A DNA stretch of 64,000 nt from a virus. A model generated the notes under the pieces. The model was not told the origin of the DNA and searched no databases. It saw only the letters and a program-made list of their open reading frames with translations. The stretch covers positions 1 to 64,000 of IMG/VR virus record IMGVR_UViG_3300021437_000012; one strand, 5' to 3'. Shown here piece by piece: positions 57,525-64,000 of this stretch (its first letter is position 1; the number at the start of each line of letters is the position of its first letter). Made by a program: the position numbers and the translations under genes.

Positions 57525-58327
57525 CACCTGAAATGCAAGACATCCTACGCCGCCTCAGAGACCTTGAGAACGGGCATATACCGGCGAACGTGCTTCGCCT
57601 CGGGAATGGAGACGCGAGCGAGGACAGGCGCATAGAGTTCGTCACGGGCTCTGATGTGAACACCGATTCTACATCATCGCACTTACGTCCTGGTATTGTG
57701 TATGCTGTTAGTACGGGCAAAGTCAGTGTAAGTCAAGATGGAGTAACTTCTGGGCAAATCATAGGTGCTGGAGATATCAACGGTGACGCGATTCCAGTAT
57801 TTGGTGGTATTGTGCCGTTTCGCGTTAAATCAAGTGCCGAAGTTCCTTTATTGAATGCAGCTACAGTAGGCAATTTTACAGCACACGATCTTCTTTTGTT
57901 TGAAAATCATGTGGGAACACTAACCGTTCCTTTGGGATTTACTTGGACAAATAGAAGTAATTATCAGCTTCGTGAAGTAAGTTCAACTTACGGGTCCGGC
58001 GTATCTTTACTAGATTCATTATCATTACCTGGAACTGATCTACTTGGGTTTACGCCGTCTCTTGCACAGTTAATTATCCGGTATACTACTGGTGCATCTC
58101 CGGCAGCAACAACGTACAGTATCAGAGTACGAGATAAAACCACAGGAGCAACCCTAGGAGAAATAACAGGAATTGCAGTAGGTGGTACGAATCTGCTTGC
58201 CAATGCAGTGACTACCACTACTTGGCCCATTGATGCTACAATGGACTGTGCCATCGAGGTAAAGCATTCGACTGGCGCATCGGGCACTGTGATAACGATT
58301 CACAACCTCTTACTGGTAGCGCGATGA
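57521..58327 (+). CDS. tail-associated protein
   Basis: GGAG RBS; ILRRLRDLE coiled N-terminus; C-terminal module similar to the repeats. Confidence 0.6.
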   Translation: MTPEMQDILRRLRDLENGHIPANVLRLGNGDASEDRRIEFVTGSDVNTDSTSSHLRPGIVYAVSTGKVSVSQDGVTSGQIIGAGDINGDAIPVFGGIVPFRVKSSAEVPLLNAATVGNFTAHDLLLFENHVGTLTVPLGFTWTNRSNYQLREVSSTYGSGVSLLDSLSLPGTDLLGFTPSLAQLIIRYTTGASPAATTYSIRVRDKTTGATLGEITGIAVGGTNLLANAVTTTTWPIDATMDCAIEVKHSTGASGTVITIHNLLLVAR

Positions 58328-59094
58328 AACGCATTATCATTATACTTACTATTTTACTTGTTGCAACAATTGTGTGGTCGCAAGGATTTTTTGATTTTAC
58401 CGCTGCACGTCTTTTATTACCGCAAGGAACAAGTTGTGCAGGAAGTACATTAGAAGGCGATACGTGTTGGGACACTGACGACGATAAATTTTACATAGGG
58501 ACTGGATCTGCTGCTTTACTAATCGGTCCTGGTGCTGGAGCAACAGGGAGTACTGGCCCTACGGGTAGCACTGGACCTTCTGGCCCTAGTGGACCGTCCG
58601 GTCCTACTGGAGCAACAGGATCAACTGGTGTTACTGGAAGTACAGGTACACAAGGATTAAGTGGTCCGAGTGGTCCCGCGGCGTACAAATTTTTATGGGG
58701 TGGTGGAACGGGGAACACCACACAAACTGTAGGCGTTGGTGGAGCTACTTTCTATGGTCCTATGACCGGAACACTTGCAACTTTAAGTGCAAGTGATACA
58801 TCAGCAGGTACACGCTCAACAACATCCTATGCTATAACAACCTGGAGCAATCTTTGTTATACTGTAGGTGCAGACCCCGGCAACACAAAGACTTTCACGA
58901 TTACGGCAATGAAAAATGGTAGTGCACAATCAGTTACATGCACTATAACGGGTGATGGTTCAACACACAAAACTTGTTGTGATAATACGAATAATTTTAG
59001 TTCATCTGCACAAGATGAAGTTGGAATAAAAATTGTGGCATCAGCAAGTGCATCAACCACGATTCATTCATGGGGGGTTTTAGCAACGTTTTGA
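58324..59094 (+). CDS. signal-peptide collagen-like fibre protein
   Basis: [19 protein letters not shown]|Q; about 16 G-X-Y triplets ([18 protein letters not shown]...). Confidence 0.8.
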   Translation: MKRIIIILTILLVATIVWSQGFFDFTAARLLLPQGTSCAGSTLEGDTCWDTDDDKFYIGTGSAALLIGPGAGATGSTGPTGSTGPSGPSGPSGPTGATGSTGVTGSTGTQGLSGPSGPAAYKFLWGGGTGNTTQTVGVGGATFYGPMTGTLATLSASDTSAGTRSTTSYAITTWSNLCYTVGADPGNTKTFTITAMKNGSAQSVTCTITGDGSTHKTCCDNTNNFSSSAQDEVGIKIVASASASTTIHSWGVLATF

Positions 59095-59236
59095 TGTATA
59101 AAAACTTAGATTTTCCTGCGTATATAGAAGATACGTGGACGCTAAACTGCAAACGGTCAAGCGGTGCGGGCAGCGTGACGCTCGGCGAAGGAAGCGCGCT
59201 CGCGGCATACGTGGCAAAATGAATAGGGGAGGAAAC

Positions 59237-59947
59237 ATGAAGAGACTCGCAGCACTCGTTCTCGCACTCGCGTTGGCTGGCGCGGCTGCTGCGCAGAATC
59301 CAACGCCGGAGCCGACTCCTACTCCAACAACGACTCCCACGCCAGACCCTGCTCCGCCTCCTGGCATACGCGAGGACGGTGACAGCGGCCCTACAGTGAC
59401 TTCCCAGAAAGCTCCCGATGACTATCGCGCCAATCGCGATAGGGGCACAGTGCGCTACGATGCGGATCGCCTCAATTACAGCTTCCATCGCGTATTGTTT
59501 CCAGCCGTTAGACCTATCGCAATCGCCGGAGTGAACTTCACGCAAGGGCAGGCGAATACCGTCGTATTCTGGGGGCTCCAGGACCAGGGCCTTGCCAGCA
59601 CCTTAGCGAACGCCGTGCGCGTCCGACCAGGGCCAGGGCACATCGTCACCGATGCAGAGATAGGAATGCGTCTGCGCCTACAGGGAACTGGCGTCACGCG
59701 AGGAGTCTACGTTATCGTGGCGACAGTGACCGTGAATGGCGTCAAGGCGTGGGTGGTTGACCGCGCCCCCGCATCCCCAAATACGTCTGGCATGTCGTGG
59801 CAACTCATCGGCCCTATCAGGGACTTTACGGGGATAACGTTTGTCGGTTGCAACCTACGCAACGTGTGGCTTCCGTCATCCACATATCGTCCTACCGTGA
59901 CAGCGTGCAACACATACCAGTCCGATCTAGATCCAGAGACGCCATGA
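59237..59947 (+). CDS. signal-peptide protein with Pro/Thr linker
   Basis: GGGGAGG RBS; MKRLAALVLALALAGAAAA|QNPTPEPTPTPTTTPTP. Confidence 0.75.
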   Translation: MKRLAALVLALALAGAAAAQNPTPEPTPTPTTTPTPDPAPPPGIREDGDSGPTVTSQKAPDDYRANRDRGTVRYDADRLNYSFHRVLFPAVRPIAIAGVNFTQGQANTVVFWGLQDQGLASTLANAVRVRPGPGHIVTDAEIGMRLRLQGTGVTRGVYVIVATVTVNGVKAWVVDRAPASPNTSGMSWQLIGPIRDFTGITFVGCNLRNVWLPSSTYRPTVTACNTYQSDLDPETP

Positions 59948-61686
59948 GGCTAGCAGCGTTTGTCATCGCGATCCTTCTCGCCTCATCGGCGCTGGCCGCT
60001 CTCAATGCCGGCCTGGCTTGGGATGTGAGGACTACAGCCACAGCGTCGAACATAAACGGAGGTGCGTTCCGCAACGCTGACAACGTGGCCACGCCTAGCG
60101 CGCCATCCGTGTCTTGCCCGACTACCGGCGGAACAGTGGCGGCCAATACGTATTACGTAGTAGTGGTGTATGTGTCGGCGTTTGGGCGTGAAGGGCCAGC
60201 CAGCGCGGCTACTTCCGTGGTATGCACCGGCTCCACGTCCAGCATCGTCACCACGTCTCCGGCAGCGAGCGGAGTTGGTGTATCGACCGCCGTGAACTAT
60301 CACGTCTATATCGGGACGGCCAACCTTCCCGGGCCGTGGTTTGCCAACCCAGGAACGGACGTGGCGATTGGCACCAACTCGACGCGCACTACAACCCCAG
60401 CTACCAGCGGGACCAATCCTCCAGGGGCCGATCTCAGTCAGTCGAACGGATCGACCAAGAGCTACACCGATATCATAGTAGGAGGGACGACCACAACCGC
60501 CACGTCGGTAGCGCGCCCATTCGTTCCAGCGGACGTTGGCAACCTAATCAACGTCGCCTCTGGTTGCACGGTTCAAACGGTCGAGATAACGGCGGTGAGC
60601 GCGACGAACGTCGCGACATTCGACAAGTCTCTTGGCACGGCCGCGTCTACATGCGTCGGAGAGCTGGGAGGCGCCAAGCTCACGCTATCTGCGACGGAAC
60701 TGTTGGCGGTAGCCGGAAACCGCATCAATGTGAAGTCGGGAACGTATACCGAGACCCTAACCATGACTATCTCAGGAGGGGCCGGAACGCCGCGCAATTG
60801 GGACGGCTATCTATCTAGCCATCTGGACGCGCCGAGCGGCACTGACAGGCCGCTGATTGACGCTACATCGTTGACGAATGGAGTGGCCGTCGTGGCGACC
60901 ACTGGGAACGCATTTTCCTACCTTAGAATCGCCAACGCCACCGGAGCCAACGTCACCGGGACAACTGGCGGCTCGTTGTGGTATCGCTGTAAGTCGAGCG
61001 GGGCCGCAGGGGACGGATTCGCTGAAACGACAAGCGGGAACCTTACACTTGACGAGTGCGAGTCGGCGTCGAATTCAGGCTATGGTGTGTCGGCGAGCGG
61101 TACGCAGCTCGTAGTCATCGGGTCATACATCCACGACAACACTTTGGCTGGCGTGCTTTCCACGTCGGTCGGAAGCCTGTTTATGTGCCACGACATAGTT
61201 GAGATGAACGCCGCTTCAAACGTCTCCATCGCGTCTCCGACCGTTGCCATTGTGACAAACAGCACGATTGATGGAGCATCAGGCGGTACGTCTGATGGGA
61301 TACAATTGGGCACGTCATCTACTGGCCGCTTCACTGTTCTGGCGGATAATGCCATCACAAATAGCGGCAGGTACGGCGTCAACAGGACCGCACAGACAAG
61401 CGGCGGGTATGGCGTGGTGGACTATGACGGCTACTACGGGAATTCCACCGCGGCGCGAAACAACGCGCCTTCAGGATCAGCAGACTTGAGCACCAATCCC
61501 GCCTATACGAATGCCACCGGAGGCGACTTCTCTATCGGCACAGCGGGCTGGAAGACAGGCGGTAGTCCTGGTGCATTCCCTGGAGGCGCGAGCACTGGCT
61601 ACATGGCGATTGGAGCGGTGGGGCCGCAGTGTAGTGGTGGCGGAGGACTTATCATCCCGCCAGGGCTTAACGGAGGCATACAATGA
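59944..61686 (+). CDS. signal-peptide beta-helix (pectate-lyase-like) protein
   Basis: MRLAAFVIAILLASSALA|A; AG..I.VKSGTY, repeated N...G beta-helix pattern. Confidence 0.75.
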   Translation: MRLAAFVIAILLASSALAALNAGLAWDVRTTATASNINGGAFRNADNVATPSAPSVSCPTTGGTVAANTYYVVVVYVSAFGREGPASAATSVVCTGSTSSIVTTSPAASGVGVSTAVNYHVYIGTANLPGPWFANPGTDVAIGTNSTRTTTPATSGTNPPGADLSQSNGSTKSYTDIIVGGTTTTATSVARPFVPADVGNLINVASGCTVQTVEITAVSATNVATFDKSLGTAASTCVGELGGAKLTLSATELLAVAGNRINVKSGTYTETLTMTISGGAGTPRNWDGYLSSHLDAPSGTDRPLIDATSLTNGVAVVATTGNAFSYLRIANATGANVTGTTGGSLWYRCKSSGAAGDGFAETTSGNLTLDECESASNSGYGVSASGTQLVVIGSYIHDNTLAGVLSTSVGSLFMCHDIVEMNAASNVSIASPTVAIVTNSTIDGASGGTSDGIQLGTSSTGRFTVLADNAITNSGRYGVNRTAQTSGGYGVVDYDGYYGNSTAARNNAPSGSADLSTNPAYTNATGGDFSIGTAGWKTGGSPGAFPGGASTGYMAIGAVGPQCSGGGGLIIPPGLNGGIQ

Positions 61687-64000
61687 AGCGCATCGTTATA
61701 CTTCTGGCGCTCCTCATCGCGCCGTCCGTTCTGGCCGCTCCTATCGCGTGGGTCGCGGGCACGACGTCGCGCACCATCGATCTGAAAATACTCGACTCGT
61801 CATCGACCACGGGCGCTGGACTATCTGGGCTCGTCTACAATTCGAGCGGCCTTGTGTGCTCATACACACGCGAGAAAGCGGCGCGCGTTGCAATCACGCT
61901 CGCAACACAGACCGTAACTGGTGCATATTCCAGCGGCGGGTTCGTTGAGATTGATGCTACGAATTTCAAGGGGCTTTACCGTCTTGACATACCCGATGCG
62001 GCCCTCGCAGCCGGCGTTAACTTCGTCGTATTGGAGTGCTATGGTGCGACTAACATGCTGCCAGTGGACCGCGAGATTCAACTAATCGGGATGAATTTCG
62101 AGGACGCGGTAGCTGGCGGTATGTCGATGGTCCCGACCGATGTGAAGAAATGGAATGGCACAACGGTAGCGACTCCGGCCACTGCTGGCGTCCCGGATGT
62201 CAACGTCAAAAACGTCAACAATGTCGCCGCGGCTACTCCAGGAGCGAGCGGCGGCATGCTCATATCGGGAAGCAACGCCGGCACTACGACGCTTGGCGCT
62301 CTAACCGTGACAGGCACTACGACGATGAGTGACGGCCTCGTTGTCAATCGCTCCACGTCTAACAGCGACGCGGTATCGCTCACGGCAAGCGGTTCTGGCG
62401 TCGGCCTCAAGGCGACGGGTGGCGCGGCGAGCGGTGCGACGGCCGGCGGCGACGGGATCAAGGCGATAGGCGGCGCGGCATCGACTACGGGCGGAGGCGT
62501 AGCCGGACGTGGCGTGTATGCACTAGGCGGCGCGGGGGCTGCCACGACTAACACGGCGCGCGGCGGATTCCGCGTAGAGTCTGGCGCTGACAATGGGGCC
62601 GGCGGCGATGTTGGAATGCGCATGGTAGGCGTCGGCGCGTTCCCTGGATTCGAGGCGGATGGCGGAGCGACCGGGGCAGGCGCGAAGTTCGTCGGCGGCG
62701 CCACGAGTGGAGATGCAATCGACCTCACTACCACGAGCGGCGATGGTTTCAACTCCTCGCCGACTGCCGGCAACGCGATGGTCCTCGCGGCCAACGGAAC
62801 ATCGAAGCACGGACTTGTCGCGACGGGCGGCACCGCGGGGACAAGCGACGGAATCAAGGGCGTGGCCGGAACCGGTGGCGTGCCGATTCGCGGAAATATC
62901 ACGGGGAATATCACCGGTACTATCGACACTGTTACGACTCTGACAAACCTACCAGCAATTACGACTAACTGGCTCACCGCTTCCGGCATCGCGGCTGGTG
63001 CGCTCAACGGCAAGGGCGACTGGTCGACATACGCCGGTGGTGACACGAGCGGAACGACCACGCTCTTGTCTCGGCTCACGTCTACGCGTGCAGGATATCT
63101 CGACAACTTGAGTGGCGGGGCTGTGGCTTTGGCGTCCACGGCCCTCAGTACGGCGCAGTGGACTAACGGGCGCGCGGCGAACCTCGACAACCTCGATGCT
63201 ACGGTTAGCAGTCGCCTCGCAAGCTCAGGCTATACCGTGCCCCCTACCGCGCTAGCGAATGCAACCGCGGTTTGGACTGACCTACTAGCAAGCTCTGACT
63301 TCTCCACCGTCTCAAGCGTGGGCAAGCTCCTCAAGGACGATATCGACGCCGCGGTATCCAGCCGCATGGCGACATACACTCAACCCACCGGATTCCTCGC
63401 GGCTACGTTCCCAGGAACGGTTGCGAGCACAACCAATATCACCGCCGCCACGGGCATCACCGTCGCGACAAACAGCGACAAGACGGGCTATACGCTCACC
63501 GTTACTCCACCCACAGCGGCGACCATTGCCACGACGGTATGGCAAGACTCAACGGCCGGTGACTTCACAACAGCATCGAGTATCGGTAAATCTCTCTATA
63601 ATGCCTTTACTCCAAATACCAGTGTCTACACTACAGCTTCATTAGCTAATGCACCTACAGGCGGATCTAGTGGGCCAACGTTAACTCAAATAGTTAATGG
63701 AGTTTGGGATGAGCCTAACGCGAGTCACGTCATTACAGGTAGTACAGGCAAAAGTCTGTCTAATTCTGGTGCAGCATCAAACCCTTGGGACATAGATATA
63801 AGTACGTATGCTAGCCCTACTGCGGGCCATACAGTTCAGAGTATCCGCAACGAATTAAGTGCAGCAGCATTAACTTTATCATCCGCAGTTTCAACAAACG
63901 GAACATCCATAAAGTTCGTCCAAGGTGATGACAGGCTACACGCAGACTCCAAGGAATTTGCGTTTACTTGTAGTGCTTCTATATGCCCTACGCTGTCATC
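61683..64000 (+). CDS. signal-peptide Gly/Ala/Thr-rich fibre protein (partial, runs off the window)
   Basis: Not in the track (no stop). MKRIVILLALLIAPSVLA|APIAW...DSSSTTGAGLSGLVYNSSG...; open to position 64000; repeated IA..VW...S.GK units. Confidence 0.8.
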   Translation, partial: MKRIVILLALLIAPSVLAAPIAWVAGTTSRTIDLKILDSSSTTGAGLSGLVYNSSGLVCSYTREKAARVAITLATQTVTGAYSSGGFVEIDATNFKGLYRLDIPDAALAAGVNFVVLECYGATNMLPVDREIQLIGMNFEDAVAGGMSMVPTDVKKWNGTTVATPATAGVPDVNVKNVNNVAAATPGASGGMLISGSNAGTTTLGALTVTGTTTMSDGLVVNRSTSNSDAVSLTASGSGVGLKATGGAASGATAGGDGIKAIGGAASTTGGGVAGRGVYALGGAGAATTNTARGGFRVESGADNGAGGDVGMRMVGVGAFPGFEADGGATGAGAKFVGGATSGDAIDLTTTSGDGFNSSPTAGNAMVLAANGTSKHGLVATGGTAGTSDGIKGVAGTGGVPIRGNITGNITGTIDTVTTLTNLPAITTNWLTASGIAAGALNGKGDWSTYAGGDTSGTTTLLSRLTSTRAGYLDNLSGGAVALASTALSTAQWTNGRAANLDNLDATVSSRLASSGYTVPPTALANATAVWTDLLASSDFSTVSSVGKLLKDDIDAAVSSRMATYTQPTGFLAATFPGTVASTTNITAATGITVATNSDKTGYTLTVTPPTAATIATTVWQDSTAGDFTTASSIGKSLYNAFTPNTSVYTTASLANAPTGGSSGPTLTQIVNGVWDEPNASHVITGSTGKSLSNSGAASNPWDIDISTYASPTAGHTVQSIRNELSAAALTLSSAVSTNGTSIKFVQGDDRLHADSKEFAFTCSASICPTLS

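Noticed and set aside
62078-63190. 370-aa minus-strand Pro/Ala-rich ORF
   Set aside because: Antisense shadow of the Gly/Ala-rich plus-strand gene starting at 61683.
1-64000. Stop-codon reassignment
   Set aside because: Core genes are full-length in the standard code, and TAA, TAG and TGA all end coupled genes.

Overview
The window is about 64 kb of a tailed dsDNA phage genome with siphovirus-like organisation. It uses the standard genetic code, and I see no integrase, lysis cassette, tRNA or CRISPR array. 1-7.4 kb (minus strand) is an early/replication arm: a SNF2 helicase, a UDG-fused family A DNA polymerase, a Lar-like protein and small ORFs, driven by near-consensus sigma70 promoters. 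From 7.8 kb the plus strand carries, in order: ParB-DUF4417, terminase, an accessory block, portal, a 'head cargo' block, MuF, prohead protease, major capsid protein, a ~14 kb glycosylation island, head-tail and tail genes (with a -1 frameshifted chaperone and a 949-aa tape measure) and mosaic distal tail genes. Four things stand out. (1) A 20-aa tag, K|GGxGSGN(F/Y)GHxGRPGEVGGS, occurs five times between portal and capsid. It sits in front of unrelated enzymes (topoisomerase IB, a zeta-toxin-like kinase, two ADP-ribosyltransferase-like domains) and, truncated, inside the prohead protease. This suggests a protease-processed, capsid-packaged, swappable effector system with small immunity-like ORFs. 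(2) A self-contained cassette of promoter, coiled-coil protein and ~257-nt structured RNA carrying tandem AAG heptamers lies between terminase and portal. (3) Four consecutive tail-region genes have Sec-type signal peptides. (4) A very large glycosyl/methyltransferase island sits inside the morphogenesis operon. All family assignments come from motif recognition by eye; no searches were run.
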